Shown here piece by piece: positions 38,088 through 48,104 of a DNA stretch of 64,000 nt (positions are counted from its first letter, which is position 1; each line of letters starts with the position of its first letter). This DNA is from Candidatus Latescibacterota bacterium (GTDB lineage Bacteria; Latescibacterota; UBA2968; GCA-2709665): positions 3,968,001 to 4,032,000 of the forward strand of contig OZ241917.1 in NCBI GenBank assembly GCA_965203805.1, given 5' to 3'. The translations under genes and the position numbers were made by a program. Under the pieces are notes generated by a model, which did no database searches, had not been told where the DNA came from, and saw nothing but the letters and a program-made list of their open reading frames with translations.

Positions 38088-38789
38088 CTAGGGCGCGGGT
38101 GTGGCCGGCGGAAGAATAATCGCCACGGCGTCCGCGGTGTCTTCGACGCGATCGAACAGGTCTACCGCCTGCCGCCGGTTCAACTGGAAGTCGATGGTTA
38201 CCGACTCCGTGGGCAGGAACGCGCCTTGCGCAAAGACCGTTACGCGTTTGTCGTTTACGGGATTCCAGATTTCTACGACCCTGCCGTCGAACTCGCCTCC
38301 GAAGGCGACGTACGCCACATTGGTACGCGGTCTGTTTCCGCTGGGAACGCCCACGCTGACCTTTTTGCCCAGATACTGAAACGGCGGTTGTAATCCACGC
38401 GCCCTGCCGCGAAGGTCGGCGATCAACGGATTCTCGGCAATTGCGGCTTCTAGGCGCGCCTTTCGCTCTTCAATGGTCTCGCTGCCGCCCTCCGGCGCAG
38501 CAGGCATTGCTTCTGCCAGGCGCCCTGCTATTGCGCTGTTCCGGTAGTGATAGACGTCCTTTGCAGTCAACCATCCCAGCGTCGCGTCTCTTGCGAAGTC
38601 CTTGCTCCAGATCGAGTCCAGGACGGCGTCGTGCGCCACCATCTTGTCTTCGATCCGCATTTGAATGGCATTCTCGGCATCGTAGTTGATGGTGATATCG
38701 ACGGGGGCGATATACGCGATGTACGCCAGGTACGCGCACCCCGCCGCCAATACGACTTCAATGATTGTTCGGATATGTGAACTCGACAT
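38088..38789 (-). CDS. Hypothetical membrane-anchored protein
   Basis: GGAGGG RBS, N-terminal TM helix, possible degenerate RlpA-like double-psi barrel at the C-terminus. Confidence 0.7.
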   Translation of the reverse strand: MSSSHIRTIIEVVLAAGCAYLAYIAYIAPVDITINYDAENAIQMRIEDKMVAHDAVLDSIWSKDFARDATLGWLTAKDVYHYRNSAIAGRLAEAMPAAPEGGSETIEERKARLEAAIAENPLIADLRGRARGLQPPFQYLGKKVSVGVPSGNRPRTNVAYVAFGGEFDGRVVEIWNPVNDKRVTVFAQGAFLPTESVTIDFQLNRRQAVDLFDRVEDTADAVAIILPPATPAP

Positions 38790-38979
38790 CTTTTCCCTCC
38801 CGTTTCTTACGGTGTGGCGTCAGTTGAGACGACCGTGGTTTTGACGCCCGCGGACAGGGTCCCGCAACAAGCGCCAGGAGCAAAAGTACTCGATCGCTTC
38901 AGCGCTCCTTTCTCCGACGGATACCCGTCAGTCTGTTTGAAACACGATTGTCCGCCGGTGTCTTCGATCTTTGACGTGT

Positions 38980-39840
38980 CTATTTTCTTCCGGTATACGC
39001 CCGTCCCAGCCTCGCCACAGCCTCACCGCCTCCGGAGACGATCATCACACCCTCGTCAATGATCTCCGTGACGTTTTCCGGGTTCGCGCCGTTCAGGAAG
39101 AACAGACCGGCATCCCGGCAGGCCGCCATCACACGAGCCCGGGCAGCTGCCATTTCAGTCGGATAGGGCGGATCGTGCCGATCGGCGTGCCCAAGCGACA
39201 TACCCATATCGCCGGGACCCCACTCGCCGAAGGCGAGTCCCTGCACCTTCGCCGTGGCCTCCGCGCTTGCCAACGCGCGTTTGTTCTCGATCTTCACGCC
39301 GAGCATCAACTCTCCGTCCGGGCTCAGCGGCCACGGGTCGGCCTTTTTCAGATATTCGGCTGCGGTCACGCCCCAGATCTGTGCAGCCCACCCCTGTCCG
39401 CCGGCCCCCCGCCGGCCGTCGCCATGTCCCGCGGCAGGCGTCCGGAACGGATACCTGCAACTTTCCACGAACGCCCGGACGCCCTCAGGGTCGTCTGCAT
39501 GACACAGCAGGATACCATGCACGCCGCGGGCCAGCGCCTGCTTGAACATCCAGGCATTGGCGCGAACAACCGCTTCACTCGACCCCTCGACCGGCAGGTC
39601 CACGATGACGGCCGGCGTCCGGTGACCGCTGGCCGTGGGACCGCCGTCCACCAGGCCTCTCATGAAATCGCCCAGGCCCCGCATATCGAATGCGCCGTGC
39701 TCGATGCTGACGTTGATATAGTCGGCCCACGTCGCGGCCATTTCCACACCGGATTCGTACGTTAGCTCGGAGACGCCGACATAGTAGATCGGCTGCCCCC
39801 GTTCCAGCAACTCAATCGCTTTATTGATCCGGTTCGGCAT
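38980..39840 (-). CDS. HpcH/HpaI aldolase/citrate lyase-family protein
   Basis: SIEHGAFD, LARGVHGILL, LGVKIE, EWGPGDMGMSLG. Confidence 0.88.
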   Translation of the reverse strand: MPNRINKAIELLERGQPIYYVGVSELTYESGVEMAATWADYINVSIEHGAFDMRGLGDFMRGLVDGGPTASGHRTPAVIVDLPVEGSSEAVVRANAWMFKQALARGVHGILLCHADDPEGVRAFVESCRYPFRTPAAGHGDGRRGAGGQGWAAQIWGVTAAEYLKKADPWPLSPDGELMLGVKIENKRALASAEATAKVQGLAFGEWGPGDMGMSLGHADRHDPPYPTEMAAARARVMAACRDAGLFFLNGANPENVTEIIDEGVMIVSGGGEAVARLGRAYTGRK

Positions 39841-40137
39841 GTGGCATTTATCCTGCGAATAAGGAAGGCTCAACTTGCGTCATTAACATAAAGCCGCCGC
39901 CACGAAAAATCAATCGTTCCCCGGGTTGCCCCGCAAGGGTCCGGGATGGTCTGGCAGGCATCCGCCATACCCCCGTCCGGCCATCCCGAGGACTGTGCGC
40001 GACAGCCGGGAACATTCTTGACGGCGAAATGCAGGGCTTGTATCTTGGCAATTCCACGTGCGTCGCACCGGGAGACCGGCAAGCCGGCCGTCGAGAGGCT
40101 TGAACAACACGAAAAAAACAATCGGAAGGGTGAAGTC

Positions 40138-41151
40138 ATGCCAGGCGTAGCCATCCAGGGCGCGGGAAACGTCGCCACCGAACATATCAGGGCTTATCTG
40201 AACAATCCGCACACCCGGCTGGTGGCCATCGGGAGCCGTACGCTGGAGAGCGCACGGAAAAAAGCGGTAGAACTGGGCGTTGAGTGCGACCTGTACGATA
40301 ACTACGACAGGCTTCTCGAGCATCCGGACGTCGACGTCGTTTCCATCTGTACGCCGCCCGATCGCCACGCCGGAGAAGCCATTGCCGCCGCCCGCGCCGG
40401 CAAACACCTGCTGATTGAAAAACCGGTGGCCACGAATCACGAAGAACTGAATGCGATGCACCGGGCCGTGACAAGCGCGGGCGTCAAGACAGTTGTCGGT
40501 TTCGTCCTTCGATGGAACCCGCTGATCGTCTCCATCAAGCGGGCCATCGAGAAGGGCTGGGTCGGCGATCCTCTTCTCGTTCAGGCCGACTACTGGCACG
40601 GCCCCACCAACGCCCGCCCCGAGAAATTCAGCCGGACAGGATGGAAACCGTTCGTGAACGGGGCTATCGTGCACGGCGGCTGCCATGCCCTCGACGCCGC
40701 ACGATACATACTGGACAATGACACGGTCACCCGGGTGACCGGCGTTTCCCCACGCCATCGAACGCATGGAGAGGACTACCGTTCCACGACGGTCGCAACG
40801 GTTGAATTCGCGGGGGGCGCCGCCGGAAAGTTCTCGGGTTCCACGGCTTTCTTCATGCCGTACGTCTTCAACGTCGAGGTGTTCGGAACGGAGGGCGTGA
40901 TCCGCAACAACCAGTTCTACACCCGACAGCTGTCCGGCCAGGACGCGTTCGGGAGTTTTCCCACGGTCATGCCCGACAGCGGCGCCGTTGCCCACCATCC
41001 CTTCCAGGAAATGATCGACCACCTCGTCGAATGCATCCTGAACGACGTGGAATCGCACGACAATCTGGCCGTTGCCGTCAACACCCACGCCGCATGTTTT
41101 GCCGCGGAGGAATCGGCCGCAAACGGTTCCATGCCGATAGAGATAGAGTAG
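40138..41151 (+). CDS. Gfo/Idh/MocA-family oxidoreductase
   Basis: GAGNVA, DVVSICTP..H, GKHLLIEKP, GGCHALD. Confidence 0.93.
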   Translation: MPGVAIQGAGNVATEHIRAYLNNPHTRLVAIGSRTLESARKKAVELGVECDLYDNYDRLLEHPDVDVVSICTPPDRHAGEAIAAARAGKHLLIEKPVATNHEELNAMHRAVTSAGVKTVVGFVLRWNPLIVSIKRAIEKGWVGDPLLVQADYWHGPTNARPEKFSRTGWKPFVNGAIVHGGCHALDAARYILDNDTVTRVTGVSPRHRTHGEDYRSTTVATVEFAGGAAGKFSGSTAFFMPYVFNVEVFGTEGVIRNNQFYTRQLSGQDAFGSFPTVMPDSGAVAHHPFQEMIDHLVECILNDVESHDNLAVAVNTHAACFAAEESAANGSMPIEIE

Positions 41152-41252
41152 GCGAGGGAACAAAGAGACGAGAGAACGAGACGACGAAGGGACGAGGGAG
41201 CGAAGGGACGAGAGAACGAGAAGACGAAGGATCGAGGGGACGAGAGAACGAG
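41152..41252 (+). repeat. Degenerate purine-rich 8-mer tandem repeat (ACGAG/ACGAA core)
   Basis: About a dozen units such as acgagaga, acgagacg, acgaaggg and acgaggga fill the intergenic gap. Confidence 0.7.
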
Positions 41253-41260
41253 GAGCTTCG

Positions 41261-42259
41261 ATGCCGGGAGGCCCCATAAAGGTCGCGCTGGCCGGTTGCG
41301 GCGGATTGGGCCGGGCCCACGCCAGAAACGTGGAAGCGCTGGAAGGTGCGCACCTTGTCGCCGTCTGCGACGTCGTATCGGAATCCGCCGCGCAGCTTGC
41401 CGCGCAACTTCCTTCCGGCCCGACGCCTTACGCGGACCACCGCGCCATGCTGGCCGCCGAGAGACCGGACGCCGTGCTGGTGGTTACGCCCAATCACACG
41501 CACAGCCGCATCAGTACGGATGCCGCGCTGGCGGGCGCCCACGTCTTCTGCGAAAAGCCGATGGCGCTGACCGTTGAAGACTGCGAAGCGATGATACGCG
41601 CAGCGCAACAGTCAGACGTATTTCTCATGATAGGCTATGTTCGCCGGTTTCAGGCCGCGTATCAGGAGCTCAAGCGCAGGGTGGACCGGGGAGACGCGGG
41701 GGAAATCACCCTCGCGCATGCGGTGCGTATGGGAACCGGCGCGCCGGGCGGTGTGGGAGGATGGCAGACCCGAAAGGGAACGTACGGCGGTATGTTTTCC
41801 ATGTACAGCCACGAACTCGACCAGCTCGCCTGGCTGGCCGGTGAAATCCGCGCCGTAAATGCCGTCATGAAGTACGGAGATGACCCGGAAAACGAAGTCG
41901 AAGAAAGCATCTTTATCGGCATTGAGTTCGCATCGGGCGCGGTCGGCTCCTTAAGCAGCAGCCGCGTCTACCCGGTCAACAGCTACGAACTCGGCGTGGC
42001 CGGAACGGCCGGCGCGCTCAAGCTCAACGACGCGGGCGGCCCTGTCCTGTTCGCCCGGCACGGCGACAGATCCACGGCCATAGAGGCGCCCCGGAACAAC
42101 GGCCTGATGGACGAAATCGCTCATTTTGTCGGATGTATTCAAAGGGGCGAAGCGCCCCGGTCGGACGGCAGGGATGGAAGGCGCGTTGTCGCGGTTGCCG
42201 CCGCAGCTCACGAATCCGCCAGGACCGGCAAGCGGGTCGAGGTTCCGATGATGACGTGA
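41261..42259 (+). CDS. Gfo/Idh/MocA-family oxidoreductase
   Basis: GCGGLG, VVTPNHTH, HVFCEKP, SHELD. Confidence 0.93.
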   Translation: MPGGPIKVALAGCGGLGRAHARNVEALEGAHLVAVCDVVSESAAQLAAQLPSGPTPYADHRAMLAAERPDAVLVVTPNHTHSRISTDAALAGAHVFCEKPMALTVEDCEAMIRAAQQSDVFLMIGYVRRFQAAYQELKRRVDRGDAGEITLAHAVRMGTGAPGGVGGWQTRKGTYGGMFSMYSHELDQLAWLAGEIRAVNAVMKYGDDPENEVEESIFIGIEFASGAVGSLSSSRVYPVNSYELGVAGTAGALKLNDAGGPVLFARHGDRSTAIEAPRNNGLMDEIAHFVGCIQRGEAPRSDGRDGRRVVAVAAAAHESARTGKRVEVPMMT

Positions 42260-42285
42260 GAACGCGCCGTGATTCGGGTGCCCGT

Positions 42286-44013
42286 TCATTCCTCCGCAGG
42301 GCGCATGTCCTCCAGAACAAGCTGCACCTGCGTCCGGCCGTTCCAGGTGTTGGCCTCCAGGGCGCAGGCCACGTCCACGCGATCGCCCCGTTGAAGCCGA
42401 CCCGCCAATTCGCCCTGCCCCCACCAGACCGCGTCGCATATCCGCCGGCCCGTTCGCGCTGCGCCGTCCACGGACGTTTCGGTGTTCAGGTTCATTTTGA
42501 GGTGCGCCCCTTTCCCGACCGCAATGGCGCGATCGATCGTACAGTTCCGCACCATAAACAGCGGCGCTTCGTTTCCCGCGCCGAACGGCGAAAGGGCAGA
42601 CAGCGCCGAGACCGTATCCAGCGAGATCTCATCGGACCGCAGCGCCGCATCCAGTTCCAGCCGGGTTCTCAGGTCCTCATCCGAGATCCGCTCCGCCGCA
42701 TCGGCCTCCATTCTGGCCTTGAAAGCGTCGAAATTTTCGAGGTTGCCCGTAAAGCCGGCCGCAGCGGCATGCCCGCCGTACTCGGCCAGCAGGTCCGCGC
42801 AGCGAAAAATCGCCTCCGCCATATTGTAACCCGCCACCGATCTCGCCGAACCCGTAAAACTGCCGTCACCGCGAACCTCGGTACAGGCAATGCAGGGCCT
42901 GCTGTACCGCTCCGCCAGGCGCCCCGCGATCAACCCCACCACACCCAGGTGCCATTTGTCGCCTTTCGCAACCAGAATACGGTGGGCGTCAAGCGACATG
43001 GATTCCACCTGCTCCACGGCCTGTTTGACGCCCTCGAGCTCGAGTTCCCGCCGGCTTCGGTTGAGCCCGTTCAACCGTTCCGCCAATCGGGCCGCCTCGC
43101 CTGGCACGGAGGTTCGCAACAGGTCCAGCGCCAGGTCCGCGGAGGCCAGCCGACCGGCGCTGTTGATGCGCGGACCCAGGAAAAATCCGATCGCCGTCGT
43201 GTCCACAGGCCGGGTATCGGCGCCGGCGACGGCCTTCAGGGCCTGAAGCCCCGGGCGCTGCGTACGATCCAGAATCTGCATACCCCTGCGGGTCAGCAAC
43301 CGGTTCTCACCCAACATTGGCGCGATGTCCGCCACCGTTCCCAGGGCAACCAGGTCCAACAGCGAATTCAGATAACCCCTGCGCTCCGTTGCATCGATCA
43401 GCGAATCCGAAAGGGCCTGCACGGCCTTGAACGCCACGCCGACGGCCGCGAGCCCCTTGAACGCGTAGCCGCAATCCGGGCGATTGGGATTGACCACCGC
43501 GTAGGCGTCGGGCAGGCGTCCCGGGGGCTGGTGATGATCGGTGACCAGCACGTTGATGCCGGCCGCGTTTGCCGCGTCGACCGCCTCGAACGAGGAAATG
43601 CCGTTGTCCGCCGTCACGATCAGACGCGCGCCCGCTTCGATCGCCCGCTCAACGCCGGGCGGTTTCATCCCGTATCCGTCCCGGTGGCGGTCCGGCAGAA
43701 TGGACGCGACGTCCGCTCCCGCCCGCTCCAGAAAGTCCATCAGTACCGCCGTGCTCGTCACCCCGTCCACGTCGTAATCGCCGAACACGACGATTCGCTC
43801 GCCCGCGCGAACCGCTTTCACAATGCGGTCCGTCAGGCGGTCCATGTCTTTCATGGTAAACGGGTCCTGAAGTACTCCGGGAGAATCGGCGATATCGTCC
43901 GTCGTCAGTCCGCGGTTGGACAGCACCACGTCCACGAGCGGCTCGGCCGGCCCCCCCGATTCGGTGTCGGAGTCCCTTTTGTGCCTCAGCGTCCAGATCG
44001 GGTATTTCTGCAT
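42286..44013 (-). CDS. recJ: Single-stranded-DNA-specific exonuclease RecJ
   Basis: GDYDVDG, DGYG, TADNG, TDHH, LGTVAD, GPRINSAGRL, GSARS, GGHAAAAG. Confidence 0.97.
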   Translation of the reverse strand: MQKYPIWTLRHKRDSDTESGGPAEPLVDVVLSNRGLTTDDIADSPGVLQDPFTMKDMDRLTDRIVKAVRAGERIVVFGDYDVDGVTSTAVLMDFLERAGADVASILPDRHRDGYGMKPPGVERAIEAGARLIVTADNGISSFEAVDAANAAGINVLVTDHHQPPGRLPDAYAVVNPNRPDCGYAFKGLAAVGVAFKAVQALSDSLIDATERRGYLNSLLDLVALGTVADIAPMLGENRLLTRRGMQILDRTQRPGLQALKAVAGADTRPVDTTAIGFFLGPRINSAGRLASADLALDLLRTSVPGEAARLAERLNGLNRSRRELELEGVKQAVEQVESMSLDAHRILVAKGDKWHLGVVGLIAGRLAERYSRPCIACTEVRGDGSFTGSARSVAGYNMAEAIFRCADLLAEYGGHAAAAGFTGNLENFDAFKARMEADAAERISDEDLRTRLELDAALRSDEISLDTVSALSALSPFGAGNEAPLFMVRNCTIDRAIAVGKGAHLKMNLNTETSVDGAARTGRRICDAVWWGQGELAGRLQRGDRVDVACALEANTWNGRTQVQLVLEDMRPAEE

Positions 44014-44186
44014 CGGTACCTCAAGAAGGAATTGGATTCCCTGTGGGAGCCTGGATGCCCCCTGGGAGCGTCGGTAAATATATCATGAGTTTTCGGGTCG
44101 GGCAAAAGACATGTGGCTATCAGCCGTTAGCTTGAACCAAAATCAAAATTCAACTTCAACGTCCACATCTCCCCAAATTCCCGAAA

Positions 44187-44405
44187 GGCGGGGAGACGTA
44201 AGACGTGAGACGTGAGATGACATCAGTGCCTGAAAAGCGGGGAGACGCAAGACGTGAGACGTGAGATTATATGATTGCCTGTTCGGTATCATCTCTTGCC
44301 GCAGGCATAACGATAAAACCAATCGGGCAAGGACGTCATCTACCGTCTCACCTCTACCCTCTCACCGCCTTCATCTACCGTCTAACGTCTCCCGTCTTAC
44401 CGCCT
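44187..44405. repeat. Repeat family C cluster (GTGAGAC heptamers, inverted arrangement)
   Basis: ggcggggagacgtaagacgtgagacgtgagat occurs twice, followed by inverted units catctaccgtctcacc..accgcc. Confidence 0.6.
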
Positions 44406-44553
44406 TTTGAAAAGGACAGGGGAATGGTGGACGTAACGGGTTTGGGTGAGTCTCTTACTCGGAAATTTATTTGTTGGCGCATCGGGCGAATGCCGTATAT
44501 TCCTCTTTGGATACCCGACCTGAATTCAACCCGAAATCCATACGGTTCACGGT

Positions 44554-44925
44554 TTGCCCAGAATCCTGCTCGCGGAAGACGGCCCCACCGCCATGACTCT
44601 CGCCGGCGGACTGTTCGACCACCGAGACGTCGAACTGGACGTGGTCACAGACGGTCGCAGCGCTCTGGAGACCCTGGCGGCGAATCCAAAGGGGTACGCA
44701 CTCGTCATTCTCGCATACGATCTACCGGAAATCAGCGGGGTTGATTGTATTCGTTTCATTCGCAAGATGTTTGCCCGTCTGCCCGTGCTGGTTCTCCTGG
44801 ACACTCCGGATCAGGCGCGCGTGAACGAGCTTGCGGAACTCGGTATCTCACGCGGCCATATCCTCGAAAAGCCGGCGACCCCCGAGTCCCTGGCCGTCCG
44901 GGTTGGAAATTTGATCAGCCTCTGA
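44554..44925 (+). CDS. Stand-alone CheY-like receiver protein, atypical (phosphoacceptor Asp absent)
   Basis: RILLAED, DGRSALE, LVILAYDLPEISG, LEKP; TTG start. Confidence 0.75.
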   Translation: MPRILLAEDGPTAMTLAGGLFDHRDVELDVVTDGRSALETLAANPKGYALVILAYDLPEISGVDCIRFIRKMFARLPVLVLLDTPDQARVNELAELGISRGHILEKPATPESLAVRVGNLISL

Positions 44926-45012
44926 AGCGCGGACGTTTTTTGAAACAAAATGCAACCTTGAGAATCATATATTCACTAAAACGCTTCTCCCCGCAAGGAC
45001 AAAGGAGAGTTC

Positions 45013-45408
45013 ATGTCGCGGCACTTTGAAACCGTAAAAGCCTATCTTCAGGACCTTGAACTGGTCATTGAAGAAGAAGATTCAGATGAGGAACTGGTGG
45101 TTGTTTCCGACGAAGACCGCGGGATCCACCAGCTCATTGTGGACTGCGAAGATCCCATCCTCATTCTGGAACAGGCCATCATGCCTATCCCCAACAACCC
45201 CGGCGATCTCTACAGGCGGCTGCTGGAGATAAACCGGACGCTCATCCACGGCGCTTTCGCGCTGGACGAGGAGACAGGAACCATTCTGTTCCGCGACACC
45301 CTTCGCCTGGATACGCTGGACAGGGCGGAAATCGAGGGCGCCGTCAACGCCCTGGGCTTTGCACTGGGCGAAAACGCCGAAGAACTGTTGAGTTACAGCA
45401 GGCAATAG
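45013..45408 (+). CDS. YbjN/CesT-like (type III chaperone fold) protein
   Basis: AAGGAG RBS; LIVDCEDPILILEQ..LLEINRTLIHGAFALDE..ILFRDTL; upstream of a pspA homologue. Confidence 0.8.
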   Translation: MSRHFETVKAYLQDLELVIEEEDSDEELVVVSDEDRGIHQLIVDCEDPILILEQAIMPIPNNPGDLYRRLLEINRTLIHGAFALDEETGTILFRDTLRLDTLDRAEIEGAVNALGFALGENAEELLSYSRQ

Positions 45409-45495
45409 TCAAAGCAGGGGTCGGAACCCCGGAAATCGAGCCGTTGCGTGTCCCGACCTCCAGACATCGAATCCCGCATCAAATAGGAGCATGCC

Positions 45496-46197
45496 ATGGG
45501 CGTCTTTCAACGCATCTTTCGCGTGGGCCAGGCCGAAGTACACGCTGCCATCGACAAACTCGAAGATCCGATCCGCCTGACGGAACAGGGCATCCGGGAT
45601 CTCAAGAAAGATCTGAGCAACGCCATGACCAGCCTCGCCGAGGTCAAGGGACAGGGTATCCGGCTGCGCAAACAGGCATCCGACAGCAAGAAGGCGGCGG
45701 CGGACTACGAACGGAAAGCCATGGCGCTGCTTCAGAGGGCCCAGAAGAACGACATCGACCCCGCAGAAGCAGACCGATTGGCCGGTGAAGCGCTGGCGCG
45801 CAAGGAGGAAAACGTGAGCCGGGCGGCCACCTTGAGCCAGAACGCCCAACAGCAGGAGGAAATGGCCGCGCAGTTGCAGACCCAGGTGGACAAGCTCAAA
45901 TCTTCCATTGCCGGTTACGAAAACGACCTGGTAACGCTGCGCGCCCGGGCCCGGACGGCCGCGGCAACCAAGAAAATCAACAAGCAACTCGCGAAGGTGG
46001 ACTCTAACGGTACGATCGCCATGCTCGAACGCATGAAGGAGCGGGTGGAAGAAGACGAGTCCCTGTCGCAGGCCTACGGCGAAGTGGCGGACGCCTCCAA
46101 GAGCGTGGACGAGGAGATCGACGCCGCGCTCCAGGAGAAGAGTCCCGGCGCGGACAAGCTGGCCGAACTCAAGAACAAGATGGGAATTCAAGCGTAA
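45496..46197 (+). CDS. PspA/IM30-family protein
   Basis: MGVFQRIF..IDKLEDPIRLTEQGIRDLKKDL, long coiled coil, LAELKNKMG. Confidence 0.95.
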   Translation: MGVFQRIFRVGQAEVHAAIDKLEDPIRLTEQGIRDLKKDLSNAMTSLAEVKGQGIRLRKQASDSKKAAADYERKAMALLQRAQKNDIDPAEADRLAGEALARKEENVSRAATLSQNAQQQEEMAAQLQTQVDKLKSSIAGYENDLVTLRARARTAAATKKINKQLAKVDSNGTIAMLERMKERVEEDESLSQAYGEVADASKSVDEEIDAALQEKSPGADKLAELKNKMGIQA

Positions 46198-46245
46198 AGT
46201 CGCCGCCTGGAATTACGGTTCCCGGTGGCGGCCGGAGGCGTTTTC

Positions 46246-46779
46246 GTGAACTGGAATCCCTTCAGGAAAAAGACTGATGAAGTCGACCCCGTGGTCGACT
46301 TCTCACTGTCTGATCTCAAGCCCGGTTACGTGGTCGACTATGACCTGAAAACCTGGAAGGTCACGGCGAAGAACCATTACGATTTCGATGGAGACCGCGT
46401 GGACGAATGGGAGTTGACCTGCGCCGATGACGTCATGTACCTTGAACGTGAGGAGGATGACGGCCTCAGCTGGACCGTTTCACGCAAGATCCCGATCTCC
46501 AGGGTCGACGGCGACCCGAGATCCCACATCGTGGAACACGAAGACCCGCCCGAAGAAATAACCTGCGACGGGGTCGCCTACTATGCGGAATCTTCCGATG
46601 CGGGTGAATTCTACAAGGACGGCGAAGGAACGCCGCGGGAACTGATTACCTGGGAATACCTGGACGATTCCGAGCGGAAGACGCTGACGATCGAACAGTG
46701 GGGCGAGGACGACTTCGAAGCCTCGGTCGGCGAAATCGTCGAAGAATACCAGTTCACCGATATTCTGCCAACCGGGTAG
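46246..46779 (+). CDS. DUF4178-domain protein
   Basis: LKPGYVVDYDLKTWKV..EW..PPEEITCDG..WEY..LTIEQW..EASVG; GGAGG RBS; PspA neighbourhood. Confidence 0.8.
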   Translation: MNWNPFRKKTDEVDPVVDFSLSDLKPGYVVDYDLKTWKVTAKNHYDFDGDRVDEWELTCADDVMYLEREEDDGLSWTVSRKIPISRVDGDPRSHIVEHEDPPEEITCDGVAYYAESSDAGEFYKDGEGTPRELITWEYLDDSERKTLTIEQWGEDDFEASVGEIVEEYQFTDILPTG

Positions 46780-46889
46780 ACGATACCGAGAATCAAGTGG
46801 GGACTTGTCTGCAGCGGCAGGCTGGCAGGGAGAACACCGGTTGGGACCGGCATCTGCCCGTCGCTGACACTTTACGAGGAATTCCGGAG

Positions 46890-47306
46890 ATGAAGCGAAC
46901 TGCCACACTCTACCTCACTAACATTGCAGACGGCATCGGGGCGCTTAGCGCGACGGTTTGCGCATTGCACTGTATCGCCCTTCCGGCCATTCTGATTGTC
47001 GGGACCGCTCTTCCGACCGTTTTTCTTGACGATGAGTCCTTTCACCGCGCGATGTTGTGGTTGGTCGTGCCTTCCGCTGTATTGGCGCTTGGGCTTGGCT
47101 GCTGGCGACATAAGGACCGATGGGCACTGCTGTTAGGTGCAATTGGCCTCACGGGCATGGTTCTGTCAGGCGTGGCATTACACGGTTTGGTCGGAGAATT
47201 CGGCGAAGTCGTTGTGACCCTGGTGTCCGCCTCCATTCTCATTGCCGCTCACGTTCGCAATTTCAAGCTATGTCGTTCCGAGTCGTGTCGTCATGACGCG
47301 ACCTGA
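46890..47306 (+). CDS. MerC-domain membrane protein
   Basis: DGIGALSATVCALHCIALP..ESFH..RH..AHVRNFKLC; four TM helices. Confidence 0.85.
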   Translation: MKRTATLYLTNIADGIGALSATVCALHCIALPAILIVGTALPTVFLDDESFHRAMLWLVVPSAVLALGLGCWRHKDRWALLLGAIGLTGMVLSGVALHGLVGEFGEVVVTLVSASILIAAHVRNFKLCRSESCRHDAT

Positions 47307-47421
47307 GCGGCTGACTGTAAATTTGCATTTCAATTGTGCAAAATCCCCGACTAAAACGGGCCGAACGACGGTTGTCGTCCGGCCTGTTCTTGTTACCCGT
47401 TGTCCCGTTTAGAAGCGCTTC

Positions 47422-48093
47422 TCAGGCCAGGAACCGTAACTCGCTTTCCTCGCCGGCTCGAATCCTGGCGCAGTGGTCCTCGAGGTTCAGCATCTCGATG
47501 AGACTCACGCCATTTTTCATTTCAGCAAGCAGCCGCGCCTCCTTCCTCTGCACCTTTTCCGCAATTGGAATGACTTCCGCAATCTCTTCGTCAGCAGCGA
47601 CAATCAACCCGTCGTCGTCTCCGAAGACGATCTCGCCTGGATGAACGCGCACGCCGCCGCACGTAACGGGAACCTGCGACTCGAATAGCCTGTCCGTGGC
47701 GCCGGCAACCGGAGTGACCGACCGCGCGAAGTAGGGAACGCCCAGCCGGCGGATCGCGGCCGTGTCCCTGCACGGTCCGTCGTTGACGATCCCGGCCAGC
47801 CCTTTTCGCTTCGCCTCAGTCGGAAACAATTCCCCGGTCAGCGCCTTCGTGCTCCCCTGGGAGTCGATCACCAGCACTTCGCCTGGCGAGGCATCGCGAA
47901 GGGCCGCGATCACGGTCAGAAAGTCATCGCGGCAGGTGACCGTATGCGCGCGTCCGATCAGCTTCAGGCCGGGCGTGATCGGCCGGACAGCGGGATCGAT
48001 GGCCCTGACCGGCTTGTCGAGCGCTTTATACCCATCGCAGACGCACGCCGTGTCCAGCCGGGAAAGGCGACGTTTGATCTCGTCGAAATCCAT
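47422..48093 (-). CDS. RraA/HMG-aldolase-family protein
   Basis: TACVCD, IGRAHTV, GEVLVID..ALTGE, DGPCRD, VHPGEIVFGDDDG. Confidence 0.9.
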   Translation of the reverse strand: MDFDEIKRRLSRLDTACVCDGYKALDKPVRAIDPAVRPITPGLKLIGRAHTVTCRDDFLTVIAALRDASPGEVLVIDSQGSTKALTGELFPTEAKRKGLAGIVNDGPCRDTAAIRRLGVPYFARSVTPVAGATDRLFESQVPVTCGGVRVHPGEIVFGDDDGLIVAADEEIAEVIPIAEKVQRKEARLLAEMKNGVSLIEMLNLEDHCARIRAGEESELRFLA

Positions 48094-48104
48094 TGGATGA
48101 ATCC

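Noticed and set aside
41152-41252. CRISPR array (also considered for the REP-A copies)
   Set aside because: No constant 23-50 bp repeats with regular unique spacers, and no cas genes.
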